A stretch of 64,000 nucleotides of DNA from an uncultured Spirochaetota bacterium. Its GTDB lineage: Bacteria; Spirochaetota; Spirochaetia; SZUA-6; Fen-1364. The DNA lies in assembly GCA_963745235.1 (NCBI GenBank), contig CAVUXE010000035.1, positions 224,001 through 288,000 on the forward strand, given 5' to 3'. Below, piece after piece: positions 28,784 to 38,795 of this stretch (within the stretch, counting starts at the first letter, position 1; each line of letters opens with the position of its first letter). Below the pieces are notes generated by a model that worked only from the letters and a program-made list of their open reading frames with translations, had not been told where the DNA came from and made no database searches. Both the position numbers and the translations under genes were made by a program.

Positions 28784-31700
28784 ATGAGCAAGAAGTTCCA
28801 TCGCGTGATCATCGTCGCCCTGTTCGCCGTCGCAGCGGCGGCCGCCCACGCAGAGAGCGGCTTTCTTGATTTCTATTCTCCCCAGTTCCTCGCCGGCATG
28901 GGCGGGACGGCGAACCTCAATGCGCCGCAGGGAACGGTCCTCAATCCCGCGGTCAGCGCGGGAAAACAGAGGGTGACCCTGGACTTGAGCTATCTCGCAC
29001 TGACGGGGGTCAGCCCTCTCAACTGGAGCGGGAACTTCATCAACGCCGGGATCACAATCCCCTCCGCGGCCGGAGTCTTCTCCACCACGGGGCGGTTCAC
29101 CAATGCGAACTTTTCAGGATCGCCCGATTGGGGCCCCATGGGCGGAGTGACCCTGTCGTTCGCCAAGGATCTTTTCCCGGATTTCTATGTCGGTGCCGGG
29201 CTGGGTTTCGAGTTCGGCAGCGACTGGGGTCTTGGCCTTGACCTCGGCTTTCTCAATCTTGCGGGTGACATTGGCTTTCTCAGGGATTTCCGGTGGGGGA
29301 TCGCATTCCTGAACATCGGGAAAGGCTACAGCGACTCAAGCTCGCCGGGGTCGCTCAGCAACCCGCCGGCGTTCACGCCGGCCATCGGCGCCCATTTCTC
29401 CCTTGTGAAGACAGACCCCGTGGTGCTTTCTTTCAGTCCCGACCTCAGCTTCCCTTCGCTGGTCGACATGAGGGCCACTGTTGGCGGGGACATCCTGCTC
29501 TTCAAAGTCGTGACGCTGAGCGGGGCGTACAGCTACGACCTTCGCGAAGCGGCGGGAATTGAGCCGGCGCGCTCACTTCCGTTCAGCTTCGGCATCTCGT
29601 TCACTTTCTCCACCAACATCCAGCAGAACATCGGGGCGCTCAACGCCACGGAGCGGGGTTGGAACAGGAGCGATGTCAGCACGACCATCGCTGCTGTGCC
29701 CCTGCAAAACAGCGTGTGGGGGTTCGGCGCCGGAGTCAACGTTCCCCTTGGCTCCATCGTGAAGACTCCTCCCGCCATATCCCTGGAAACCTCGGGTGAG
29801 AAGTACATCTCCCCGACTCTCGTGGGTGGAAAAGTGGATCTTGTCCTTCCCCTTTCCATCACCTCAAAGCGATACGTGAAGGGGTTCCGGCTTGTCATCC
29901 AGGATTCCTCAGGGAACCCGGTTCGCACAATCCAGAACAAGGAGGACAGGCCTGAGAACAGGGACCTGGGGAACCTCCTGAAGCGCCTTGTCTATGTGAA
30001 GCAGGGAATCCCCATTCCTCCTTCCGTCAGGTGGGATGGGACCTCGGACAAGGGCACGGTGGTTCCTGACGGCACGTACCGCTATTACGTCGAGGCGTGG
30101 GACGACAACGGCAACATCGGCAAAACGCCGCTGGGGACGGCCATTGTGAAGACCGTGCCGCCCAGGATAACGGTGAGCGCGCCGTACGTGATTTTCTCCC
30201 CAACAGGGGAAGGGACAAAGGGGAATCTCCCCATCCATCAAACAGGCTCGAAGGAAGACATGTGGGCAGGGACAATCAGGGATGCGGCGGGAGCGACTGT
30301 CCGCACCCTCACCTGGAAGGATTCCGCGCCGCCTGACTTCACATGGGACGGCAAGAACGACAAGGGCATCCTGGCGCCAGACGGCGTGTACAGCTACCAC
30401 GTGACGGCCACGGACAGGGCGCTGAACGTGGGCTCGGCGGATCTGAACAACATCATCATCAACACCCAGCCGACACCCATCCAACTCTCCATCGACAACG
30501 CCTACTTCTCCCCGGGCACGGGCAGCCCCAAGAAGGATGTTACTTTCACTCTGGGCGTTCCCGTCACGACCGACATCGACCAGTGGAGCCTCGCAATCAC
30601 GGACGCCGGCGGGACCACGCAGAGGACCTTCTCAGAAAAGTCGAAAGTCCCCTCGACGGTCGTCTGGGACGGGCGTGATGACGGCGGCAAGCAGCTTCCT
30701 GACGGCGGTTACAAGGCCAGGCTCGCAGTCGTGTACCTGAACGGCCACAACCCGACGGCAGACTCCCCGCTCATCACCATCAAGACGACACCGCCCACCG
30801 CCGCCGCAACAGCGGAATACCAGGTCTTCTCCCCAACGGGCGACAGTGAGCGCAACACGGTCAAGATCCACCAGGACACCTCGGAAGAGACGTCCTGGAC
30901 AGGGACTTTCAAGGACGAAAAGGGCAAGGACGTGAGGATCCTCACGTGGCGCGGAACGGCTGACCCCGTCTTCCAGTGGGACGGCCGCACGGACGACGGC
31001 ACGCTCCTTCCTGACGGGGAGTACACCTACGCTCTTTCCGCCACCGACCGGGCGGGGAACACCGGGGCCTCCAAGCCGATCACCCTGAGAATCGACACCC
31101 AGAAAAAGCCGGTCCGAGTTTCCACGGATGTCGCATACTTCTCACCCTTCGGCGGCGGAACAAGGACAAGGATAAAGATAATCCCGTCCCTTGCCGTGAC
31201 AACGGGCATAGAGAGCTTCGTGGTTCGGGTGAAAAACTCCAAGGGTGATGTCGTGCGGACGTTCAAGGGCTCCAACCGGCCGCCGGAGGAGATTTCATGG
31301 GCGGGCATAGACGACGCAGGGGCCAGGGCGCCTGACGGACAGTATGGGGCGGAGCTGGAAGTCGCGTATTCCAACGGCACGCATCCCACGGCGCAAAGCA
31401 ATCCCTTCTTCATCGACAACCATTTCCCGCAGATCGACCTCAGCGCTGACGCCACTCTGTTCTCTCCGGACGGCACGAGCCGCCTGCAGTCAATCAGCAT
31501 CAAGCAGTCTTCCAGCAACGAAGACCTCTGGGAAGGGGAGATACGAAACGCCAAGAATGAGCGTGTCCGGGGATGGTTCTGGAAGGGCATGGCCGTTGAT
31601 TTTGCCTGGGACGGCAAGGACGACAACGGCAACATTGCCCTGACGGCACGTACACCTATATCGTCAAATCCCAGACAAAGGCCGGAAACTCGACCGTCAA

Positions 31701-32790
31701 GGAGTTGAAGGGGATTCAGATCGACACCCGGCCCACGCCCATCTTCATTACCGCGTCTGCCACAGGGTTCTCTCCAACGCCCGGCGGCACGCCGAGCTCC
31801 GTCAACTTCACGCCGATCGTTCAGCTGGCGGAAGGGATCAGGTCCTGGAAGCTTTCCATGGTGAGCTCCGCCGGTACATCGGTCAGGGATTTCACGGGAG
31901 CGGCGCCTGTGCCGCAGTCCGTTGCGTGGGACGGCAAGGACGCGGCCGGCGCCCTGGCGCCGGACGGCTCGTACGTTGCTGACTTCCAGGTGGACTACTT
32001 CAAGGGAAATCTGCCGGACACCCGGACCGCGCCGTTCGTGCTGAACGCCAGTCCGCCGAATGTGGATCTCTCCGTCGGGCCGCTTCCCTTTGCGCCCGAC
32101 AATACGGGCTACCACAACGAGCTCAACATAGGCATCAAGGTCAACGACCCGAGCCCGATTGACACCTGGAGCATTCAGATCCTCGACCCGGAGAATCATC
32201 CTTTCGCTTCTTTCTCCGGAAAAGGCGCTCCGTCAGAGAACATCATCTGGAACGGCCTCTCGGATACGGGAGAGCTCGTGCAGTCAGCGGAGGACTATCC
32301 GCTCACCTTCACCATCAAGGATGTGCTCGGCAACACGGCCACCTACACGAAGACGATCCCGGTTGACATCCTGGTCATCCGCGACGGGGACAACCTCAAG
32401 ATCAGGATCCCCAGCATCACGTTCCAGGCGAACACGGCTGACTTTACGCATGTGGAGCCGGAGAAGGCCGCGAAGAACATCGCGACAATCTCCCGGCTCG
32501 CGGAGATCTTCAAGAAATACAGCCAGTACAAGATCACGATCCAGGGACACGCGAACCTCGTGAACTTCGACAACCCCGCGGCTGCCAAGAAGGAGCAGGA
32601 GCAGGAGCTGATCCCGCTGTCGAAGGCAAGGGCTGAGGCCATCAGGACGGCCCTGATTGCGCAGGGGATCGCGGCGGCGCGCATCTCCACCGTGGGAATC
32701 GGCGGCGCCGAGCCCGTGGTGCCGTTCTCGGATCTCGACAACCGGTGGAAGAACCGCCGCGTGGAGTTCATCCTCGTTCGTAACGAGTAA
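28784..32790 (+). CDS. ~1335-aa envelope protein: FadL/PorV-like N-terminal barrel + 8 FlgD-Ig repeats + OmpA C-terminal domain, frameshift at ~31640
   Basis: GMGG...LNPA barrel-family motif; eight (F/I)SP...WDG..D.G...PDG.Y-type repeats; OmpA domain ITIQGHA...LSKARAEAI...NRRVEF. Adding one C at 31638-31640 joins the two ORFs. Confidence 0.85.
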
Positions 32791-32809
32791 GGCAAGAAGG
32801 AGAAACCTG

Positions 32810-33430
32810 ATGTTTGCAGGCAAAACGCTGTGGCAGATCTTCGCGTCCGGCGGAGTGACAATGTATGTGCTCCTTTTCTGCTCGCTGCTTTCCCTCGCCG
32901 TCATCATTGATCGCCTCTGGACATACTGGAGCATGATGAAGGTGAGCCGCGCCGGGTTCATGCGTCGGATCCAGGCGATGATCGAGCGCAAGGACAGGGA
33001 GGGCGCCATCGAGGTCTGCCGTGAGACGCGGGCGCCTTTCGCGCGCGTGGCCATGGCGGGACTGGAGCTGCGCTCCCGCGACGAGAAGCTTCTCGCAAGC
33101 ACGCTGGAGCGGGCGGTGACCGTCCAGGCCTCCCGTCTTTCGCGGCTCACGAGCGTTGTTGGCACCATCGGGAACACAGCCGTGTATATCGGTCTCTTCG
33201 GCACGGTCCTCGGCATCATCAGGGCGTTTCGTGACATCTCCGCAATGGGGGCCGGCGGAATGGCGGTTGTCATTGGAGGAGTGGCGGAGGCGCTCATTAC
33301 CACGGCCACGGGGCTTGCAGTGGCCGTGCCTTCGGTCATCGCATACAACTACTTCGTTCGGCGCATTGACCAGTTCGTGAACGACATGGAGCTGTGCGCC
33401 TCGGAGATGACGGATCTCCTTACCCGCTGA
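32810..33430 (+). CDS. exbB: MotA/TolQ/ExbB proton-channel protein
   Basis: YIGLFGTVLGIIRAF, GVAEALITTATGLAVAVP. Confidence 0.9.
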   Translation: MFAGKTLWQIFASGGVTMYVLLFCSLLSLAVIIDRLWTYWSMMKVSRAGFMRRIQAMIERKDREGAIEVCRETRAPFARVAMAGLELRSRDEKLLASTLERAVTVQASRLSRLTSVVGTIGNTAVYIGLFGTVLGIIRAFRDISAMGAGGMAVVIGGVAEALITTATGLAVAVPSVIAYNYFVRRIDQFVNDMELCASEMTDLLTR

Positions 33431-33432
33431 CC

Positions 33433-33852
33433 ATGCGCAACCCGAGAACGCGCCACAACGGGCTGATGGCGGGGATCAACATCACCCCCTTCACGGACGT
33501 GGTGCTTGTCCTCCTCGTCATTTTCATGATCGCTACGCCGCTGATCATCCAGTCGGGGATGCGGGTGAACCTTCCCGCAACGAGCACTGCCGAGGCGCAG
33601 CCGGAAAAGAGCATCCGCATCACGATTGACTCAGCCGGCGCTGTCTACCTGGGAAAGGACAGAGTCATGTACGACGAGCTGCGCCAGCGGCTTTCACGCA
33701 TCCTGGCGCAGCAGCCTGGCTCTCCCGTCGTGGTGATGGGTGACAGGGGGCTGCGGTACGACCTGGTCATCAGGGTGCTGGACATCGCCCGTGCCGCCGG
33801 CGCGCGCAGGATGTCGCTGGGCGTCGAGGTGCGAAACGATTTGACTCCCTAA
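33433..33852 (+). CDS. exbD: ExbD/TolR protein
   Basis: INITPFTDVVLVLLVIFMI with the conserved Asp; GDRGLRY. Confidence 0.92.
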   Translation: MRNPRTRHNGLMAGINITPFTDVVLVLLVIFMIATPLIIQSGMRVNLPATSTAEAQPEKSIRITIDSAGAVYLGKDRVMYDELRQRLSRILAQQPGSPVVVMGDRGLRYDLVIRVLDIARAAGARRMSLGVEVRNDLTP

Positions 33853-33876
33853 GAGGGGCGCCGAGTACCCCCCCAA

Positions 33877-35208
33877 TTACTTGTCCGGAAGCTTGTCCGC
33901 TGGCACGCGAAGCTCGTGAGAATCCAGCCCGATGGTGCTCTTCGCTTCCCGGGCCGTGGTTGCCGGGGCTGGTTTGCGACGCGTGGCCGGGCTTGCAGGG
34001 CCCGCCTCCCCCTTCATCTGCTGGCTCCCCAGGTGGTCTCTCGTGCGGAAGAAGCGGGCCTTGGACTGCAGGACATTGGGGTTTTCGATTGTAACCTGGC
34101 GGAACTGGAAGCTGAGGTTTGGGTCATCAGTGAGGACCTCTGCAAGCTTCTGCTGCTTCTCAGAAGGGACCCTCGCCATGGCCAGGATCTCCCCGATTCC
34201 CAGCGGCAGCGTCACGGCCTTGGTGCTTCCCAGCGAGATTCGCTCTTCCAGGAGCTTGTTTTCCAGGAGCACGTACGCCCGGGTCAGCGGGTTCTCATAG
34301 AAGCTTGACTGCAGCCGTATGAAGGTGAACCAGAGTCTCTGGCTGATGGCCGTGAGAATCCTGGCGATGGTGACGGGTGATTTCTCGAAGAGGGCCGCAA
34401 GGGATTCCCGCGCAACCGGAAGAAGCTCCGTCTCACCGATGGCAATAGCGGTGGCATTTCGCGGTTTGCTCGAGACGATGGAAAGCTCGCCGAAGATGTC
34501 TCCCTCCCGCAGGATGGAAAGGAGCATCTCATCCGGCGGGGTTATCTTCAGGATCTCCACCTTCCCCGATTTGACGATGTAGAGCTCCTTGCCCGGCTCG
34601 TGCTCGCAGAAGACCAGCTGGCCGTCGGAGTACCGGCGCGCGAGCCCGCGCTGATTCAACGGCGGAGCCTTTACCCCCTTCTCTTTCAGCGCGGAGACGG
34701 CTTTCTGCGCCTCCCGGGCGTTGGGGACCGACGGAAAAAGCTGAATGTGCGCGCTCAGGGCGTGAAGGGCGTAGGCGTCCCGGCCTGAGTTGACAAAATG
34801 CATCCCCAGCTCGAACAGCCGCGCTTCCTCGTCCGAGGGCGCGGCTTTGTCCGAGGGCACGGCTACCATGTCGTCATACGCTCGAAGCTCATCCGCGAAG
34901 TAGGAGATGACGCGCGTTGCCAGCTCCGCGTTCGCCTGGACGGATTCGAGAAAGCGATCCCGCCCCAGGACCGCGCACGTGCAGTCCGTGCGGGCCACCA
35001 CTGTTTCCATGCGGGGACGCCTGCACAGGCACGATGTGAAGCCGAAGATGTCTCCCGGGCCGAGGGTGGAGCGGAATCGCTTCGCCTCCGCGAAGCCGGA
35101 GAGCTCGACCTCTCCCTTCTCGATGACAAAGACCTCTCCGCTCTCTTCCTCGGACTCGAGGTAGATGCGCGCCCCTCGCGTGTAGCTTTTCTTGGCGACT
35201 TCGCTCAC
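33877..35208 (-). CDS. Tandem cNMP-binding domain protein (Crp/Fnr-like)
   Basis: Two CAP_ED domains (GDIFGF...PRMETV; LYIVKSGKVEI...GDIFGEL...PRNATA). Confidence 0.88.
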   Translation of the reverse strand: MSEVAKKSYTRGARIYLESEEESGEVFVIEKGEVELSGFAEAKRFRSTLGPGDIFGFTSCLCRRPRMETVVARTDCTCAVLGRDRFLESVQANAELATRVISYFADELRAYDDMVAVPSDKAAPSDEEARLFELGMHFVNSGRDAYALHALSAHIQLFPSVPNAREAQKAVSALKEKGVKAPPLNQRGLARRYSDGQLVFCEHEPGKELYIVKSGKVEILKITPPDEMLLSILREGDIFGELSIVSSKPRNATAIAIGETELLPVARESLAALFEKSPVTIARILTAISQRLWFTFIRLQSSFYENPLTRAYVLLENKLLEERISLGSTKAVTLPLGIGEILAMARVPSEKQQKLAEVLTDDPNLSFQFRQVTIENPNVLQSKARFFRTRDHLGSQQMKGEAGPASPATRRKPAPATTAREAKSTIGLDSHELRVPADKLPDK

Positions 35209-35250
35209 TGGCCGTCTCTCAAGGCGCCGCTGGCGCGGCGCCCGTCGTCC

Positions 35251-35346
35251 CTACTTCTTCTTGCGCAACCTGTTCTTTCCCTTTTTCCCGCGGCTTTTCT
35301 TCCGCATCTTTTCGCTCCACGTCCTGTTCCAGCTGACCTTCGCCAT
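35251..35346 (-). CDS. 31-aa very basic small protein MAKVSWNRTWSEKMRKKSRGKKGKNRLRKKK
   Basis: Strong SD GGAGGAGG before ATG and a clean TAG; occupies its own intergenic space, divergent from tRNA-Glu. Confidence 0.65.
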   Translation of the reverse strand: MAKVSWNRTWSEKMRKKSRGKKGKNRLRKKK

Positions 35347-35409
35347 GAATGGTGGCCTCCTCCAAGTGTCTCGGAGCATAGTATCCCGCAAAGGGATTGT
35401 GTTCAACTC

Positions 35410-35439
35410 TTGACAAAGCTCGTTCATCAAGGCTATACG
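35410..35439 (+). promoter_or_regulatory. Putative tRNA-Glu promoter
   Basis: TTGACA-18nt-TATACG. Confidence 0.5.
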
Positions 35440-35487
35440 TGAGCCGGTCGGGGCGAGCGCCGAACGGCGAGCGGCGCCGACCATCGG

Positions 35488-35559
<72 letters not shown>

Positions 35560-35648
35560 GCGGGCTGGGAGCACAAGGTCTGGTGTTTCCAGCCCTCATT
35601 TTTACCCGGGGGCATGCATCCCCGTGCAGGGCCGCCCAGGAGGCAAGG

Positions 35649-37097
35649 TTGGCCGAGCAGCTGCTTCTCCCGCAATCCCTCGAAGGATTTCGCGTTCACA
35701 TGGTCGGCATCAAGGGAACTGGCATGGCCGCTCTTGCAGAAGTTCTTTGCGCCCGTGGCGCCCGCGTGACAGGGTCCGATACAAAAGAGACTTTCTACAC
35801 CGACGCGGTCCTGCATCGGCTTTCCATCCCGTTCAAGGAAGGATTCGACGCGGCAAACCTGCCGGAGGACGCACAGCTCGTCGTCCATTCCGCGGCATAC
35901 CGCGCGGAAGAGAACCCCGAGCTCGCGCTTGCCGCGGCGCGCGGGGTCCCCATCATCTCTTACCCCCAGGCTCTCGGACAGCTTTCACGCCTGTCCGACT
36001 CAAGCGGCGTGAGCGGCGTTCACGGGAAATCGACAACCACCGCGATGTGCGGAGTCATCCTGGCCGCCTGGGGCATGCCGGCAACCGTCCTCGTGGGCGC
36101 GGAGGTGCCTGCGTTCGGCAACAGGTCGACGATCATGCGGGGGGATCGATTCCTTGTCGCGGAGACCTGCGAGTACCGGCGCCATTTTCTCAACTTCCGG
36201 CCCGCGCGAATCCTCATCACCAGCGTCGAGCCGGATCACCTGGACTACTTCAAGGGCCAGGATGACCTGCTCAACGCCTTTCAGGAATATGGGGCGCTGT
36301 TGCCTGCTGGAGGGCAGCTCGTCTACTGCGCGGACGAACCAGGGGCAAGCTCCGCCGCGGCCGGTATCCTTTCCCGCAGGAAGGACGTGGAGGCTGTCCC
36401 CTACGGCCGCACGGCCGCCGGACCGTTTCAGATCGTGGATGAGAGCACGGGGGACGGCTGCAGCGGATTCACTCTCTCGGGGTGGCCGCAGAGGTTCACT
36501 CTGAAGATCCCGGGCGCGCACTCCGTCCTCGACGCGGCTGGAGCCCTGGCCCTCTGCAGCCTGCTCTGGGCAAAGGAGCATGCGGGCACGGCGGACATGG
36601 ATCTCCCGGCGGCCGCGGCGGCGCTGGCGGAGTTCAGCGGAAGCAGGAGGCGAAGCGAAATTGTCGGCGCGGCTGCGGGAATCCTTTTCATGGACGACTA
36701 CGGCCATCATCCCACCGCCATCGCCACCACGCTGGAGGGGCTGCGGCGTTTTTACCCGAAGCGGCGCCTCATTGTGGACTTCATGTCCCACACGTACTCG
36801 CGCACCCGTTCGCTGCTCGCCGAGTTCGGGACCTGTTTTTCCCATGCAGACATGGTTGTTCTCCACAGGATCTATGCCTCGGCCCGTGAGCCGAACGAGG
36901 GAGGTATCACGGGGCGCGACCTTTTCAACGAGGTGTCGCGCCACCACGGCAACGTGCGCTACTTCGATGATCCCCGGGAGTCCATTCCCTTCCTGTTGTC
37001 GGAGCTGACCTCCGGAGACCTCTTCATTACGATGGGGGCGGGGGACAACTGGAAGCTCGGGCGCGAGCTCCTTCATTCCCTCGGAGTCAGGCCATGA
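35649..37097 (+). CDS. murC: UDP-N-acetylmuramate--L-alanine ligase
   Basis: HMVGIKGTGMAALA, GVHGKSTTT, DHLDYF, DDYGHHPT, MGAGD. Confidence 0.95.
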   Translation: MAEQLLLPQSLEGFRVHMVGIKGTGMAALAEVLCARGARVTGSDTKETFYTDAVLHRLSIPFKEGFDAANLPEDAQLVVHSAAYRAEENPELALAAARGVPIISYPQALGQLSRLSDSSGVSGVHGKSTTTAMCGVILAAWGMPATVLVGAEVPAFGNRSTIMRGDRFLVAETCEYRRHFLNFRPARILITSVEPDHLDYFKGQDDLLNAFQEYGALLPAGGQLVYCADEPGASSAAAGILSRRKDVEAVPYGRTAAGPFQIVDESTGDGCSGFTLSGWPQRFTLKIPGAHSVLDAAGALALCSLLWAKEHAGTADMDLPAAAAALAEFSGSRRRSEIVGAAAGILFMDDYGHHPTAIATTLEGLRRFYPKRRLIVDFMSHTYSRTRSLLAEFGTCFSHADMVVLHRIYASAREPNEGGITGRDLFNEVSRHHGNVRYFDDPRESIPFLLSELTSGDLFITMGAGDNWKLGRELLHSLGVRP

Positions 37098-37960
37098 CCA
37101 GCATGACGGGGTTCGGCCACGGGGAGTCGAGGGACCCCGGACTCCAGATGGTGCTGGAGATACGGTCCTACAACAACAGGTTCCTGGATCTCTCCATCAA
37201 CCTTCCCTACAGCCTCAAACAGCTGGAGCCCCGGGTACGGGAGTTCCTTTCGGCCCGCATCCAGCGGGGAAAGGTGGAGTTCTATCTCTCGGTGGTCGAG
37301 CTGGAAGAGGGGACCGAGGTGCTCATCGATCAGGGCCGCCTGCGCGCCTACATGACCGCCCTCGAGCAGCTGCGGCGCACCACCGGGATCAAGGAGAAGC
37401 CAGCCCTGGCACATTTCATAGGCCTGGACGGCGTTCTGAAGACGGTGAGCAGAAAGGACCCCGAAGCGTCGTGGGCAACCCTGCTGCCCCTGCTGGAGAG
37501 GGTGTTTGAAGACTTTGAGAAGTCGCGCACGGCCGAGGGGGCAAAGACCGGGGCAGACCTTCGCAGGCTCTCCGCGGAGGTCGAGCGCAAAATAACGACG
37601 ATCGAGGGGAAGGTCCCCGAGATGGAGACAAAGATCAAGGAAAGTCTGCGTGAAAGATTCCGGGAGCTCCTTGATGAGGGAATCGACGAGTCGAGGATCC
37701 TGGCGGAGACGGCCGTCCAGCTCGTGAGGTTCGACATCAACGAGGAAGTCCAGCGGATGAAGGCGCATCTCCAGAGCCTCGTGGAGTCACTCGGGCAGAC
37801 GGGGCAGCAGGGAAAGAAGCTGGACTTCATCTGTCAGGAGCTCGGAAGGGAGATCAACACGATAGGCTCGAAAAGTGTCACTCTCGAGATCGACCAGGCG
37901 GTGATCGCGGTCAAGGACACGCTGGAAAAGATTCGGGAGCAGCTGCGGAATGTCGAGTGA
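37094..37960 (+). CDS. yicC: YicC/YloC family endoribonuclease
   Basis: MTSMTGFG, NNRFLD, GKKLDFICQELGREINTIGSK, EKIREQLRNVE. Confidence 0.95.
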   Translation: MTSMTGFGHGESRDPGLQMVLEIRSYNNRFLDLSINLPYSLKQLEPRVREFLSARIQRGKVEFYLSVVELEEGTEVLIDQGRLRAYMTALEQLRRTTGIKEKPALAHFIGLDGVLKTVSRKDPEASWATLLPLLERVFEDFEKSRTAEGAKTGADLRRLSAEVERKITTIEGKVPEMETKIKESLRERFRELLDEGIDESRILAETAVQLVRFDINEEVQRMKAHLQSLVESLGQTGQQGKKLDFICQELGREINTIGSKSVTLEIDQAVIAVKDTLEKIREQLRNVE

Positions 37961-38532
37961 AACCCCCCGGCGAACCCGTGCCTGACAGTCAGAACGCGGG
38001 CTCCGACCTGCGGCTTGCCATCTCAGGCAAGAGCGGTTGCGGCAACACCACCGTCTCCCGCCTTGTGGCGGAGAAGCTCGGGCTGCGCGTCATCAATTAC
38101 ACATTCAAGAACCTGGCGCGGGACAGCGGGATGAGCTTCGAGGAGCTTGCGCTCAAGGCGGAGACGGATCCCCAGTACGACCTCACCATCGACCGCATGC
38201 AGGTCGACCTTGCGCGCATGGGGGGGTGCGTGCTTGGCTCCCGGTTGGCGATATGGCTCCTGCGGGACACCGCGCTCACCGTGTATCTCAAGGCCAGCCT
38301 CGAGGTGCGCGCGGCGCGGATTGCCCGGCGTGAGGGAGGAGATCCCGCCGCGGTGCGGGCGCGCACCGAAGCGCGGGACGAGAGGGATCGGGCCCGGTAC
38401 CAGCGGCTCTACGGGTATGACGTGGACCGCTACGATTTCTCCGCGCTTGTCGTGGACACGGAGAGGCTGAATCAGCAGCAGGTCGCGGATGTGATCGTGG
38501 ACTTTGCGCGGCGCGAGCGCGGCTTTGCGTAG
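37957..38532 (+). CDS. Archaeal-type cytidylate kinase-like nucleoside monophosphate kinase
   Basis: ISGKSGCGNTT P-loop, GSRLAIW, RDERDRARYQRLYG. Confidence 0.85.
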   Translation: MKPPGEPVPDSQNAGSDLRLAISGKSGCGNTTVSRLVAEKLGLRVINYTFKNLARDSGMSFEELALKAETDPQYDLTIDRMQVDLARMGGCVLGSRLAIWLLRDTALTVYLKASLEVRAARIARREGGDPAAVRARTEARDERDRARYQRLYGYDVDRYDFSALVVDTERLNQQQVADVIVDFARRERGFA

Positions 38533-38563
38533 GACCAAGGCTCTGCGGCGACCGAGGAGCTCC

Positions 38564-38592
38564 TTGAATAAAAGCTGTTATAAACATATATT
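38564..38592 (+). promoter_or_regulatory. Sigma70 promoter immediately before rpoZ
   Basis: TTGAAT-17nt-TATATT, 8 nt before ATG 38601. Confidence 0.65.
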
Positions 38593-38600
38593 GAGACCAT

Positions 38601-38795
38601 ATGGTGTTACCTCTGGACCTTCTCGAGAGCTTTCAGGGCAATGTCTATGAAATGACCTGCGCGGCCATGAAGCGCAGTATTCAAATCAACCTCGCGGGTG
38701 ATGACGAGCTGGATGCGAACAAGGGGAAGATCGTCTCCACGGCCCTCAAGCAGATCCTCACGCAAAAGGTCCGGTATCGGCACCCGGAAGGCTGA
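38601..38795 (+). CDS. rpoZ: RNA polymerase omega subunit (spirochete type)
   Basis: GNVYEMTCAAMKRS...GKIVSTALKQIL; position between yicC/kinase and miaA. Confidence 0.8.
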   Translation: MVLPLDLLESFQGNVYEMTCAAMKRSIQINLAGDDELDANKGKIVSTALKQILTQKVRYRHPEG

